Below are positions 17,701 through 27,826 of a stretch of DNA of 64,000 nt, piece by piece. Both the position numbers and the translations under genes were made by a program. The DNA comes from a virus, in the IMG/VR virus record IMGVR_UViG_3300043548_000722, positions 43,651 to 107,650 of that record; one strand, 5' to 3'. Under the pieces are notes generated by a model. It was given only the letters and a program-made list of their open reading frames with translations, had not been told where the DNA came from and did no database searches. The first letter of the stretch is position 1; every line of letters begins with the position of its first letter.

Positions 17701-19544
17701 GACAGCGTCACGGTCGGAATTGCCAGCTCTCGCGACATCCTCTCCAGATCAGTCGCGTCAATCTGTCCCTTGTGGTAGTTGCCATTTCCATCGGCGCCGA
17801 ATGATATTGCCGAAGTCCCCAGCTCGAAGGCAATTTTATTTCCGGCGACACCGAGTACCTGAGCCTTAAAGACCGAGCCGATCTCAAGGTCTGTCCGGAA
17901 GACGGTGAACTGGAGTACGTCTCCGGCAGACACGCCCAGCTTCTCGAAGTCGTCGATGGTGTCTGAGCGCAGAGTGGGACACACTCTCCAGCGAATCCCC
18001 TCTCTGCCTGATGGCGCGGTCGCGGACTTAAGAGTGACTGCCCAGAGATTACCGCGCCCACCCTCCTCAACTGGGGAGAACCCCTCGAGAAGCTCGTAGG
18101 TGGCGACTTCGTGACCTACGCCGTCCAGGACGATTATCCTGTCCTCGAATCCTGCTTTTAGATCAATCGAGTAAAGGACCTCTTCTGGAAAGATGGTCCC
18201 CTCGATCTTTGCAGAAGTGACAACCCCCGTCAGGCTCTGGTTCAGAGATGCGATCTCTATAGCAGCTCCTGCCCGAGATCCCGACAAGATGCGTAGACGT
18301 GCCCCTTCGACTGAGTCGAGGACATGCCGGCTCTCTAGACGCACTTGAAAATTGTCGATCACGTATCCCGTGCCGACCAGTGAAACCGTGTCTAAGGCTG
18401 GAAGACTTGCTTCGCCCTGCGGAATGTAGACGGTATTTGTGAACGCAGTTTGAGGGCTCTTAAAGCTGGCCCGGACAGACTTGAGAAGCCGGTACTTAAT
18501 GTTTGAGGCGCGTACCGGCATCGGCGTGATCAGGCGAAGTCTCGTCGTCGACAAGACCTCACCCACTGCGTAGTAGCCAGCATTCGCACCGATAAGAACC
18601 TGAAGGTAGTCTCCGGCCTTTGCTGCTGCGAAGGGCGCGGCGCTGTCGTACACCTCGAAGTAAGATGAGGCGTCTACGACGAGTGTTGTGCCAGAAGCGA
18701 TCTCCTCCCGCCCAGCAAACGGAACCTCATCTGAAACAATGTAGCCAGACGCATCTGCATTGATGCGGTTGATCAAGTACTGCCCACGGCTTGTGCCGGA
18801 GAACAGTGTCATCGTCGTCCCAATGGCACGGACGGTGGTGGGTCCGGAGACCAGCACCTCCTTTGCTGAGATAACGACTGCGCTTGCGACGAATGTCACA
18901 GAACCCGTGAAGGCTCCGGATCCACTCTGGGACCCTCCATACACAATGTCGAGAGTATCTGGATCAAGTTTAAGAGCTGGTGAATAATTCAGCCATTTCT
19001 TCTGGAATAGCGGCTGAATTGTAGCAATTGATTTTGCGCGATCGATCTGAATCGCGCGCAAAAAGTCAGAAGCGACAGCCTGTGTCATTCCGGACCATAC
19101 GATCGGAAAAATCTCTCGATCGTTAACCAGACTCCAGAAGTCGGAAAGCACGTCAAACATGAACGTGCCGTCCACATCTACTCGCTTTACCGCAGGAACA
19201 ACGGCAGGAGAGAAGAACACGGACGCTGTGACCGTGTCGCTCCTGACTCCGTCTGCCTCTACATAAAGAGAGACGGTATATGTTCCAGTGAGGTCTCCCT
19301 CAAGATCTACCGCCTTTTCCGAGTTCTCTGACAGGTCCAGGGCGGCTGCGCTATCGACCGGCCGTGCAGAAAGTGACCAAAATAGCGTAAGGTTGTCGTA
19401 GGAACCCTGGACAGTCGAGCCCGCACCGCTGAACTGCACACGAGACCCGACAATCCCTGTCGCCTCACTGGGAGTGATTTGAGCAACCGGCTTTGCTCTG
19501 AAGGGCTCTACAGCAAAGCGATGAGTCTCGGTTGCTCTACTCAT
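14772..19544 (-). CDS. Large baseplate/tail structural protein with N-terminal PKD/Ig-like domain, 1590 aa
   Basis: KPVAQITPS...VQFSGAGS...LFWS...GTYTVSLYV PKD pattern; several GD-x-L-x-I-x-x-G-x-N-x-G-x-Y modules. Confidence 0.7.
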   Translation of the reverse strand: MSRATETHRFAVEPFRAKPVAQITPSEATGIVGSRVQFSGAGSTVQGSYDNLTLFWSLSARPVDSAAALDLSENSEKAVDLEGDLTGTYTVSLYVEADGVRSDTVTASVFFSPAVVPAVKRVDVDGTFMFDVLSDFWSLVNDREIFPIVWSGMTQAVASDFLRAIQIDRAKSIATIQPLFQKKWLNYSPALKLDPDTLDIVYGGSQSGSGAFTGSVTFVASAVVISAKEVLVSGPTTVRAIGTTMTLFSGTSRGQYLINRINADASGYIVSDEVPFAGREEIASGTTLVVDASSYFEVYDSAAPFAAAKAGDYLQVLIGANAGYYAVGEVLSTTRLRLITPMPVRASNIKYRLLKSVRASFKSPQTAFTNTVYIPQGEASLPALDTVSLVGTGYVIDNFQVRLESRHVLDSVEGARLRILSGSRAGAAIEIASLNQSLTGVVTSAKIEGTIFPEEVLYSIDLKAGFEDRIIVLDGVGHEVATYELLEGFSPVEEGGRGNLWAVTLKSATAPSGREGIRWRVCPTLRSDTIDDFEKLGVSAGDVLQFTVFRTDLEIGSVFKAQVLGVAGNKIAFELGTSAISFGADGNGNYHKGQIDATDLERMSRELAIPTVTLSESGEALYTESALDIYEIFHSREFRNSYQNLPLDPTTNISLTGFFDIQISPTRVIRNTRIPLDPSGEAEEPVYSIPALFEYISPERVESQGSSTILIHEDDTTSSLSRLPIKLSENNDFSITGTEHRGTALTTRARSPVVGIADYSLVFHGIRPGDELEILTGLSQGTYAITSVTSERELRVSPRVADGLFPVADQQSIEYVIRRRGQGRFIEFSSRFTPSSPAPETLWAPLTLIDNFKYIEDNFGVLVNITKADLDAYGTTQISYRAAVAGLMYAWASGPTLRSAEIGAHILLDLPVTEKPSEIVQIDPEYTDLYGRVITEELDAEGLGTGIFSVFRYPRSDLYSIEKFKGLGINPLTGSVFAVGDFLPPFTPLTNAVILTDNVVSPTWWREYSAVPGEVELRKYHTWQAEIDVRAVDSRDIPLATEFLNRIRPIYTKPQIVAVLSLLDSVTVDARPTLGMDLHLMDDPAFSTESTRAFDDLNGSGQALRRFDFGSRSTRTLFQGDDLEFEAGSDTVTSARGGFSGDVTSLPRINSAFPGEVTVFGRNLIQAGDRLVIISGPNRGMYIVAEVVSDTELRIDEDADSTPYTKPISSLAADSAAQFQVLRDDSHIIYEGTSFAVDSTFGDDAEFFEHHVLRDDNAAFRSSGVTADDRVIILSGPNRGVYVIQDLGVFDWALYATSNTGTPDLFADQETALTLATPLPDPDESAEYRIERWSLTKNPVYSGSASTATLGVSVIEIADIDLKNVEREDTLYDTDTGAAYKIVAIYGDQVFLSRPVERLIENVEIRKQVYEEFDGDTDPRLERLMGYDDIEIDIYRPLTVVDAAGPVTLSGSTLTGSFAASAGDLLVVAPSAGSLSHGVYTIAEVDGGTITIDGIFPADEAAIVSTYTPAVGFDIDGTAVVTISDASHDIEELGVRPGDFFEFDYGTDHFLFPIIEVNSATQFTIAEMTPEPASVIGRIFRKETPSQGKR

Positions 19545-21826
19545 TAGGCGGTGTCCGTGAGGTCGATGAACACGTTGGCTTTCGCGCCGTAGATTTTACT
19601 CTCTAGTACCGATCGTGGCGACTGGAGAGTGACGGCGTAATCGTATCCAGATCCGAGGCCAACCGCCGCCGAACGAAGGTTGACTGACATACGATTGTAC
19701 ACTGAACCGAACTTTAGGGTGGGAATCGAGCCAATCGATACGGTCTTGCCGTCCAGAATGTTGTCCACCGTGGCGCGCTTCGCGGACCCGCTGTCTGCCC
19801 ATGGGATGTCAATGCTGGGCTCCTCTTCAAAGTCAATGAAGAGTCTGACGCTCTTGCCAGGCAAAATCACAAGAAGGTATGTGTGCTCTACGGAGAGGTC
19901 AATCGGTGCTGAGATCAGTCTTCCGACTTCGGACTCTGGGTTGAGTACCTCCAGAACATCTTGTGTGTCCTGGCTCACGAATACGAAAGTCTCGGATCGA
20001 TCTTCTGCCGTTACAAACTGGAGCTGAACGAAGGTGTCTGCCGCGCTGGCGCGCACTGCCATCAGCGCGGCACTCGCCATGCGAACTGGATCCACCTGCT
20101 CAAGCTGGTCTACGATCTCCACGATCTTGGCCTGGGCGAATACCGCGATGCCAGTGACATACTCTGTATATTCGTCCGCAGTAAAGGAGATGTGGTAAAA
20201 CCCGACGAGATCACTTGCGTCCGGCTCGATTACAGCCACGTCGTCTACAATTGAGACTGGCGCGGAGCCTTCGTAGGTCCAAGCAGAAAAGTCTCCTGCG
20301 TAGGCGACTTCCTTTACGGGCATGAAAATAAAGTTCTCAATCGCAAAGATGCCGTCGAAGTAGACTGACCCCAGGTCCTCTTGATCGAGGAATCCGATGT
20401 CAAAACGCGCGAGACCCTGTGCGTCGCTGAGGCCACTAAGGTCCGTGCTGGTAAAAGAACCGCCGATGACGAGCTCGGCCGCTGTCGGGGCGATGGAGCA
20501 GAGAACTTGCGTCCCATCAAACACAGTCAAAATAAACGGCGCCGTCTCACTCCAGTCAACCTCTGCCGTCTCGTAGTTCTCTGTGATCAGGCGGTTGTTG
20601 GAGCCGAGCGCATTCGTGTACATGCCGAAGGACGTGGTTCCGTCGTTCAAGAAGCGAAACTTGAGCGCATCCACTCCATTACTGATGTCAAAGCCCATGC
20701 CTATATTGTAGGAGCCGCCATGTTCTTCTTGTTGCGGGCGTCCACGAAAGAACACCAGCCACTTTGAGGTCTGAAGCTGCGGCTCTTCAGATCTCAACCT
20801 GGAGTTGGTGGTCTCATTAGCGGTCAGCAGTAGTAAGTCTGTGTCCGGGATCCAGGAGGCTGACTCTCTCCTCATCCGGGAGACATCCGCCTGACTCGCT
20901 GCAATCAGACAGCCGGATGCCTCTGCTGTCCCTTCCTGAAACGCCTCCACTCCTCCCGCAGAGACCAGGGTCTCACCGTGCTCTTCCAGGAGCATGGAGT
21001 AGAGGTACGCCTCCCCTACGCGCTCTTGATCCAATCCAAAAAAGACGCTGGACCCCGCGCTGGGGTTTTGAGACTCAACCAGGCCAATACGCGCGGTAGG
21101 AATGAACTTTCCAAGCGCACTGATTGGCTCGTCAAACAGCCGAGTCTCCTCTTTTGTGGTCTCGTCGGTGACTGTCACAATCGCCCGAGCCAGGTATCCC
21201 GACGCCTCGAAGAAGATGCGGAACGAGTGCGTGGCCGCTGACCAGTCGAAGTTCACGGTCTGATTGACGGCCCGCACCCCCGAGGAGTCCGCGGGACCCG
21301 TGATTCGGACGTACTTTGTCCCAGCGGAATCACCGCAGAAAACAAAGATCCCGGTGCTGCGGTCCCAGTGGATGTAGCCAAACAACACGCCGTTGTAGTC
21401 CGTGTCGCTCAGGTAGGCAGCTGGTCCGGCTGAGGGGATGACAGGTACTGCGAAACGAAGTTCGCACCCGACAGGCGCGTCCTTTGTCACATCTCCGTGG
21501 AGAAAGAGCACGTTTGATGACTTGACTGCCGAGGCGCTTGCGATGCTTAGCACCGCATCGCCCGAAACATTTTCAAACGTGAGATCTGCACGGTTGTTGT
21601 TTCTTTCAATCGGGAGAGAATCGCTGAAGACGTCAAAGACATACGGCTCGCTGAGCGGAAGCTCTGTCTCGTTCGGCGGATCAAAGACAGCCTTCGCAAA
21701 CGTAACGAAGCCGTAGACCTCCCCGGGGTCCACCTGGTAATCGTCGTCCCGCACGCCAAAGTAGATCGGCAGTGTGGGGGAGAACTCCTCACCTTCGGCG
21801 GGAGTGCGGTTGACGACGTTAGGCAT
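19544..21826 (-). CDS. Beta-sandwich virion structural protein, 760 aa
   Basis: Start placed at MPNVVN (21826), overlapping the upstream stop; acidic, beta-rich. Confidence 0.65.
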   Translation of the reverse strand: MPNVVNRTPAEGEEFSPTLPIYFGVRDDDYQVDPGEVYGFVTFAKAVFDPPNETELPLSEPYVFDVFSDSLPIERNNNRADLTFENVSGDAVLSIASASAVKSSNVLFLHGDVTKDAPVGCELRFAVPVIPSAGPAAYLSDTDYNGVLFGYIHWDRSTGIFVFCGDSAGTKYVRITGPADSSGVRAVNQTVNFDWSAATHSFRIFFEASGYLARAIVTVTDETTKEETRLFDEPISALGKFIPTARIGLVESQNPSAGSSVFFGLDQERVGEAYLYSMLLEEHGETLVSAGGVEAFQEGTAEASGCLIAASQADVSRMRRESASWIPDTDLLLLTANETTNSRLRSEEPQLQTSKWLVFFRGRPQQEEHGGSYNIGMGFDISNGVDALKFRFLNDGTTSFGMYTNALGSNNRLITENYETAEVDWSETAPFILTVFDGTQVLCSIAPTAAELVIGGSFTSTDLSGLSDAQGLARFDIGFLDQEDLGSVYFDGIFAIENFIFMPVKEVAYAGDFSAWTYEGSAPVSIVDDVAVIEPDASDLVGFYHISFTADEYTEYVTGIAVFAQAKIVEIVDQLEQVDPVRMASAALMAVRASAADTFVQLQFVTAEDRSETFVFVSQDTQDVLEVLNPESEVGRLISAPIDLSVEHTYLLVILPGKSVRLFIDFEEEPSIDIPWADSGSAKRATVDNILDGKTVSIGSIPTLKFGSVYNRMSVNLRSAAVGLGSGYDYAVTLQSPRSVLESKIYGAKANVFIDLTDTA

Positions 21827-24800
21827 TCCCGCTCCGCGCACGGACAAGGATGCGCTCCTGGCCAGTGCCTGGGTCTGTCGAGGTAGGCGTACCCGGAATG
21901 TAGAACGTCGTCCTGTGCGACCCGTGGAACGTACCTTCGGAGAGACCGATCGAGTCGTCCGACCTCGAAAGGATGCGACGACGGTCCAGGTCATGCGTCA
22001 CGATCTGGAGGATGATCGGGTGCTTGTACGAGGTGACGTTATTGGAATGTAAGAATTTCTCGATCTTGGATACGTCCAGGATCTCGTTCGGGTCAAGGCC
22101 GTTAATGTAGTTGGCAATCTCGGCCGCCATCTTCGTTCGGTTTCCGCCCGTGGCCTCGATGTCTACGTAGACGAAGGAGGGCAGGAAGTGCCGAGCCAGC
22201 GGATCCGCGCAAAGAGTGCGGTTGAGGTTCGAGGACAGGAGAGCCTGCACTCGCCCGACTTCCGCAGAGAACTCGTGCTGAACAACGAAACTTGCGCCGT
22301 TGAGGTTGACCCTGTTCTCTGCGAGATCATCGAGGTCGTTGGGCAAGAACGAGGCCGACATGTAGATCTTGCACTGCTCAGCCGCGCTGTAGGAGTAAAG
22401 CGGGTCTACGACCTCCATTCGGTAGCCATCGGAGTCGTAGGTTCCGAAGATTGGCGTCATATGCGTGTCTTTCGGAATGTTGTAGACCGGGCGACCTCCC
22501 AGAGAGAACGCACGTACGTCCATGAAAAAGAGTCCGCTCTCGGTGCCCTGACCGCGCATCTCGGTTGAGGAGAGGTGGACACAGTGGGGACGGACGATCT
22601 CGTAAGGCTGCTTCACACCGCGCACGGGACCCAGTCCCTCCAGGTCTCGCTGACGCGCATAGCCTACGTCAATCGAGCCGCCCTGGTAGATCGCCCGAAC
22701 TCGCGAGGTCAGCCTATCGGACGAGGGATGCACCGTCGCAACACGCCACACGGACGGCGTCCCGCTGTAGATGCGGATGGGGCGTAGCCCAACCATTTCG
22801 GCGCCCCCGTCGATTGCAGATTCCTCAAGCTCATCCACTGGGGCACTCACGATAGCCCAATGAACTCCTGTCTCTTCGAACCCGAAGTTGTTTCTATCAA
22901 GCGTTGCAGTTTGCCCACTGGTAGACACTGCGGTGATCTGGTAACTACCGTCAACACCCGAGTAATTTGAGAGATAGATCGTTAGGTACCTTCCAACGTC
23001 GGATGCAGTAAACGGATTATTAGAGTCCTGGATCGTCGCTGTCCCGGCCGTAATCCCTCCCTCGTTTCCACTTTTGAGGATCGGTGTGGTTCCTACCGGA
23101 AGTGGCCGGTCCAGTGCCAGGTACTCGTCGCCTACTTCGACGACTGTGTATCCGCCTTCCCCATCCCCCTCCTCAATAAATACAAAGTCTCCTACATGAA
23201 CCACGTCCTGGTCATCTCCTGAGCTCGGTGACAGGAATGTAAAGTCAGGAATACCGAGCTGAAGTCGAGGCAGTCGTATAATGTTCGAATTGGTCTGAGT
23301 TATGACCGCAACTACGCGATCCATCTTCGGAGTTGGCAGAGCACCAACAACTTCGAGGAGTGTGCGCTGCTCGTAGATCCGAACGAAGTCGGAGCCCGGC
23401 TGCACTCCCGAAGTCAGGAAGGCGGACAGGAGCGCATCAGATGGCTCAAGCTCAAATGAGTCGGATGCTGTTGTATGCGCTGTCAGCGTCACGTCTCGAG
23501 GAAGGTCTACGGGCGTAAGCGGACCTGTCCTTGATGCGCCAGGAAATACCTGACGGGAGGGCTCGGTTCCTGCCGCGACGAATAGAAGTTCCTCGGCTCC
23601 GGTAGGGACTGAGAACAGGGTCGGCGCGTGGGGATGGAAGAACCGGCGGGTTTCCTCACCATTCTCCGTCCACACATAGTCGGTGCAGGAACTGGGCCCG
23701 TACACAGTTACCGACGTGGGTTCTGTGAAGTAGAGCCGCACAATCTGTTCTGCAGTCGGCCGCGCGACCACGTAGGAGTCAAAGAACCCAGCCACCATCT
23801 TCTTCAAGACAGAGCCCGGGTTGACGACGAACTCAGACGGCACGTCGTAGCCTGCCGAGGAGAGCGTCTGGAACAGCCAGCTAAAGGACTCCTGCACAAG
23901 CTGCCACGGATTGACTGGATCTCCGACACGCGGGCCAGAGGCAATTGAGGCGGTGACGTTGAAGGAAGGAGGAGACAGGCTGAGGGCCGGAGCGGTACGC
24001 GGCACAAACTCGGACAGGCCCACGAATGGGTTGACCGGAAACTCGTTCTTGATCTTTACAATCGAAAACGTGTAGGCCACTCGCTCGTCAAGATAGTCGT
24101 CAGACGTGCTCGAGCCACTCGTCGAGACGATGCACCCGCCGTGATACACCTTGTAGGTGTAGACCTTGTCGATCACGTACGAGCCTGCATTGGCGCCGTG
24201 ATCGATGGTTAGGATGTCCCCCGGCTTGGCGCGAGAAAGTGCAGCGGGCGTATTCCGCAGCTCACCGTTGTTGTACTGGTCCATCGCGTCTGCGAAAGAC
24301 ACCTCATTGGTGAACAGCGCCTTCCAGTCAAACTCCGGGGTTGCGAGGAAGATGTTGTTGCAGCCGTCAAAGAGCGCCTTCGGGACAAGGATCTCGTACT
24401 GTGCCAGGATCGTCTGGGTCGCAAAGTCGTCGATGTCGCGCATCGTAAAGGGGGAGAACAGGTCGAAGAACGCTCGGAAATCGTCCCCAAGAGAGAACTG
24501 ATCCGTAAGGTCTACGAGCCACTCCCGAATGGCAAACAGGAAGTCCTTTGCTGCATCAGGAAGCGCGAGGCTGAGATGCGTCTGGACTGAATGCCCAGTC
24601 GTCGAACCGGGGTCAGAGAACAGCGTCAATACACCGACGTAGTCCTCGTCCGAAGGCAGGCACTCATCGCTGTAGCAGGTCCCGGGCCTTTCCGAGTACT
24701 GGGTGATGGTAACGAGGTCCGCTGGCTTGATTGTCCCGTCTGGAGACCTCTGACCAGTCCCGCTCTTGGCTCCCGTAGAGTCTACGTCGTAGGCAACGAG

Positions 24801-27176
24801 ACGCACATGTTCTGTCGGGGCCCACTCTGGTCCGGCATCGGGGAACACAAACCCATTGAGACCCCTGAAGACCTCTTTTGCACCAGAAAATCCATCCACA
24901 GCGCGGGCGCCCACAGGAAGTGCAGGAGGGACGGCGTATCCAGAGGACTGTCCTCCGGCTGCCTGCACAACCATGCCGTTTGGCGCGATGCGGATCAATG
25001 GTCGGCTAAGGCCTGTGCCGGCCGCGTACACTCGATACGAGACGTTCGAGTCTGTTGCCGTCATTGGCACTTCTAAAATAGGACCTCTACCGCCCAGAGT
25101 AGGATCAAACCCGACAATACGATATTCTCCAGTGTTATTACCGTCCAGAATCTCAAGTACACTGCCTGGGCCCACGTTGTAGGAGACCAGGTCTGTGTCC
25201 ACACGCACAGTCGACGAACCGATGACTGTACGAAGATCCGCAGCAGTAGCACCAGCAAAAGGAAAGAGAGGAGCCTTTGGAGTAAAGGCGTCAACGACCA
25301 CCTCCGACACAATACGGAAGCGATAGTCGCCACCGAGGACAGTCATGGCGGTGTCCAGAGTGAGTTCTGGGCCCCGCACATCCATGATTTTGTATGTCCC
25401 GGTATCGGGTCCGTTAACTACTGTAAGTGTCATTCCCCGCGAGACGCCGATCTCCTCCCAGAGCGTCTGCTCAACGGCCACAAGTGTTGCCGTTGCAGAC
25501 GATGTGAACCCAATGACGTACGCTGGGGCAGTCCACTCGTTATCTGAGGTAAGGCCGACCAGGTCGATGTAGTGGTTTCCTGCGACCGTTGAGACCGTGT
25601 ACGCGAGACCGGCGGTGTCTTCCTCGATCGTAGTGCCGTCCGAAGAGAAATGAATCACTTCTCCCGTCAGGAAGGACCCACTGACGGCCGCGAGTCGCAG
25701 CCGTAAACGCGCGTTTACTTTGTTGGCAGCAGCCCGGTAGTCTGTCAGCTCAGACGGCAGTTCGTCCGCCGACACGGTAAACAGGTCGTCGCTTTCGTAG
25801 ACGCTGACTTCGCTGGATGCGGAAGACAGTGTGGAGACCGCTGTGGATGAGCGTGTCGGGCGCACATACACATCGTAGTGACCGCCGATGTGTACCTGGT
25901 CGTCGCGAATGACGATCTCATCCCCTTCATCGGGATTGGTGATGCCACCGGGAATGCCGGAGATCCGCAGTTCTGCGCGATCATAGGCGGCAGCGAACAC
26001 CCCGGGCAGCAGCCCCGGGATGGCAGAGCCTGGGGGCGAGTCTACCTCTGGCGCTCGATTAAGGCGCAGAAGATAGATTGTCGGGATGCCCTCAAGGTCC
26101 TCAGAGCTTTCGTAGAGGACCTCCTCCACGACGAACCTCTGGTTCTCTACGCCAGCCCCATAGAGGAACTTCCAGAAATTGAGATCGATCTGTCCGCCGT
26201 CACGGATCCTACGCCGACCGTCTCTGCCCTTGTTCTCGAACATGGAGAGGAGGATCATGTACCGGCCGAGGATGAGACTCATCCCCGAACAGATCACATC
26301 GCCGCCGCCGGAACCCGTGATCTTGTCTCTCTGCATTTCTGGATCGCCAAATCCAACGACCTCCAGATTTCGCACAGACGGAAACTCGGAGAAGATCCTG
26401 GCTCGGATACCGCGACGCGTGTTGAGGCTGCGCTCCGTCAGAGCAGTCTGCGTCCTTGCGAGCAGTTGCTCAGAGGATTCTGCGGTCTCCCCATTGGTAA
26501 ACGAGAACAGGTTGGTCACACGGACCGCTGCGGGAACTCCCGTAATTGTACTTAAGGAGTTGGCAGAAATGTTGTAGGCATCTCCTGGCAGCTCTGCAAT
26601 CACGCCTACATCAACGTAGAAAAACTGACCAGATCTCTGCGCCGCCACTACTTCAGGTCGAAAGAACTGAGGAACGCGGGGAAAGAAACTAAGACCGCTC
26701 GCACTTCGAATCTGTGTCGTAGAAAGGATGCTAACAAATGTAGGCTGTGAAAAGAAGATCCGCGCTGTCCCGGAGGCCCTCGATCCGGGTTTCCGGGAGA
26801 CAAAGAAGTTCGCGGCTAGGTCTTCCGCGTCCTCAATCCGAAGAGTTGATGCGTTCCTAGCGGACTGTGAGCTTCGAATGATCTGAAGTTCCCTCTTCAG
26901 CGCCTCCATGAGGAGCTGTAGCGGACGAATGACGATGTCAACAATAGCAGTGCCGTCCTCAACGGACAGCGTGGGATACTCCTGCCGTAGTCGCGTCTTG
27001 AGAAACTCCTCAATATCCATGTCAAACGGGTCAGTCGAAAGTGCCCGAAATATTGGATCAATTACCTGGAGATAAAGGCTTCCATTCTCAGAGGAATCTA
27101 GCGACGGGTCAAATGCCTCAAGACGCTCAACCAAGAGGTCTCGAATCTGCTGAGCCTGAGATGATGTGTTGGCCAT
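21819..27176 (-). CDS. Baseplate J-like wedge protein with large internal insertions, 1785 aa
   Basis: SRASGTARIFFS...VIAELPGDAYNI...VRVTNLFSFTNGETAESSEQLLAR is the baseplate J signature. Confidence 0.8.
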   Translation of the reverse strand: MANTSSQAQQIRDLLVERLEAFDPSLDSSENGSLYLQVIDPIFRALSTDPFDMDIEEFLKTRLRQEYPTLSVEDGTAIVDIVIRPLQLLMEALKRELQIIRSSQSARNASTLRIEDAEDLAANFFVSRKPGSRASGTARIFFSQPTFVSILSTTQIRSASGLSFFPRVPQFFRPEVVAAQRSGQFFYVDVGVIAELPGDAYNISANSLSTITGVPAAVRVTNLFSFTNGETAESSEQLLARTQTALTERSLNTRRGIRARIFSEFPSVRNLEVVGFGDPEMQRDKITGSGGGDVICSGMSLILGRYMILLSMFENKGRDGRRRIRDGGQIDLNFWKFLYGAGVENQRFVVEEVLYESSEDLEGIPTIYLLRLNRAPEVDSPPGSAIPGLLPGVFAAAYDRAELRISGIPGGITNPDEGDEIVIRDDQVHIGGHYDVYVRPTRSSTAVSTLSSASSEVSVYESDDLFTVSADELPSELTDYRAAANKVNARLRLRLAAVSGSFLTGEVIHFSSDGTTIEEDTAGLAYTVSTVAGNHYIDLVGLTSDNEWTAPAYVIGFTSSATATLVAVEQTLWEEIGVSRGMTLTVVNGPDTGTYKIMDVRGPELTLDTAMTVLGGDYRFRIVSEVVVDAFTPKAPLFPFAGATAADLRTVIGSSTVRVDTDLVSYNVGPGSVLEILDGNNTGEYRIVGFDPTLGGRGPILEVPMTATDSNVSYRVYAAGTGLSRPLIRIAPNGMVVQAAGGQSSGYAVPPALPVGARAVDGFSGAKEVFRGLNGFVFPDAGPEWAPTEHVRLVAYDVDSTGAKSGTGQRSPDGTIKPADLVTITQYSERPGTCYSDECLPSDEDYVGVLTLFSDPGSTTGHSVQTHLSLALPDAAKDFLFAIREWLVDLTDQFSLGDDFRAFFDLFSPFTMRDIDDFATQTILAQYEILVPKALFDGCNNIFLATPEFDWKALFTNEVSFADAMDQYNNGELRNTPAALSRAKPGDILTIDHGANAGSYVIDKVYTYKVYHGGCIVSTSGSSTSDDYLDERVAYTFSIVKIKNEFPVNPFVGLSEFVPRTAPALSLSPPSFNVTASIASGPRVGDPVNPWQLVQESFSWLFQTLSSAGYDVPSEFVVNPGSVLKKMVAGFFDSYVVARPTAEQIVRLYFTEPTSVTVYGPSSCTDYVWTENGEETRRFFHPHAPTLFSVPTGAEELLFVAAGTEPSRQVFPGASRTGPLTPVDLPRDVTLTAHTTASDSFELEPSDALLSAFLTSGVQPGSDFVRIYEQRTLLEVVGALPTPKMDRVVAVITQTNSNIIRLPRLQLGIPDFTFLSPSSGDDQDVVHVGDFVFIEEGDGEGGYTVVEVGDEYLALDRPLPVGTTPILKSGNEGGITAGTATIQDSNNPFTASDVGRYLTIYLSNYSGVDGSYQITAVSTSGQTATLDRNNFGFEETGVHWAIVSAPVDELEESAIDGGAEMVGLRPIRIYSGTPSVWRVATVHPSSDRLTSRVRAIYQGGSIDVGYARQRDLEGLGPVRGVKQPYEIVRPHCVHLSSTEMRGQGTESGLFFMDVRAFSLGGRPVYNIPKDTHMTPIFGTYDSDGYRMEVVDPLYSYSAAEQCKIYMSASFLPNDLDDLAENRVNLNGASFVVQHEFSAEVGRVQALLSSNLNRTLCADPLARHFLPSFVYVDIEATGGNRTKMAAEIANYINGLDPNEILDVSKIEKFLHSNNVTSYKHPIILQIVTHDLDRRRILSRSDDSIGLSEGTFHGSHRTTFYIPGTPTSTDPGTGQERILVRARSGNA

Positions 27177-27187
27177 GAGCGATCCTA

Positions 27188-27826
27188 CTATACTGAAAGA
27201 CCCGCGACAATCGCATTTCCGTCTTCTGCGACAATACGGAGCCTGATGTCCAGGGACAACGAAGTGCTGTCGAACGAAGAGCCGAGAAGCTCTATGTTTC
27301 TAACTCTCCGCGATGATGGGAGGTCCGCTCTGCGAGACTGAGCCCTCCGCAGCGCAGAGAGTGCGGCACGAACCTTATCCTCTATAAGTCCGACCTGTGA
27401 ACTTCGCTGTGGATCAGTCCCTAGAATAGATAACAGACCTCCACCGGCGTTGGGCGTAAAGATGTCAGATCCAGGACTCGTAAACAGGTACTTCAAAACA
27501 AACTGCACGATTTCATTAGAAGGATTTGACTGTGACGACGGAGTTAGGGACTCGAAACTAATTATGGACGCATCATAGTCAGCCTGAGAGATCTTAAGGA
27601 CGTTGAGCGTACGGATCGGGGAGCCAAGCTCCGACTCTGGGATGTCTGCAATAACATGTGAGTCGTTAAGAACGACATATACTGGGCTTCGAACGCCGTT
27701 GATGAGAACAGCGGAGATTCCCTGAAACCCGGTGCCCTTGATGTCTAGGGAAAACCCCCCATTGAAGAAGTCAAGGCCGACAACTCTTGCGACTTCTTGA
27801 TACTGAAGGAGCGGAAAATCCATCAC
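27188..27826 (-). CDS. gp25-like baseplate/sheath initiator with N-terminal IPT-like domain
   Basis: VQFVLKYLFTSPGSDIFTPNAGGGL...LDIRLRI fits the gpW/gp25 pattern; directly upstream of J-like gene. Confidence 0.7.
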   Translation of the reverse strand: MMDFPLLQYQEVARVVGLDFFNGGFSLDIKGTGFQGISAVLINGVRSPVYVVLNDSHVIADIPESELGSPIRTLNVLKISQADYDASIISFESLTPSSQSNPSNEIVQFVLKYLFTSPGSDIFTPNAGGGLLSILGTDPQRSSQVGLIEDKVRAALSALRRAQSRRADLPSSRRVRNIELLGSSFDSTSLSLDIRLRIVAEDGNAIVAGLSV

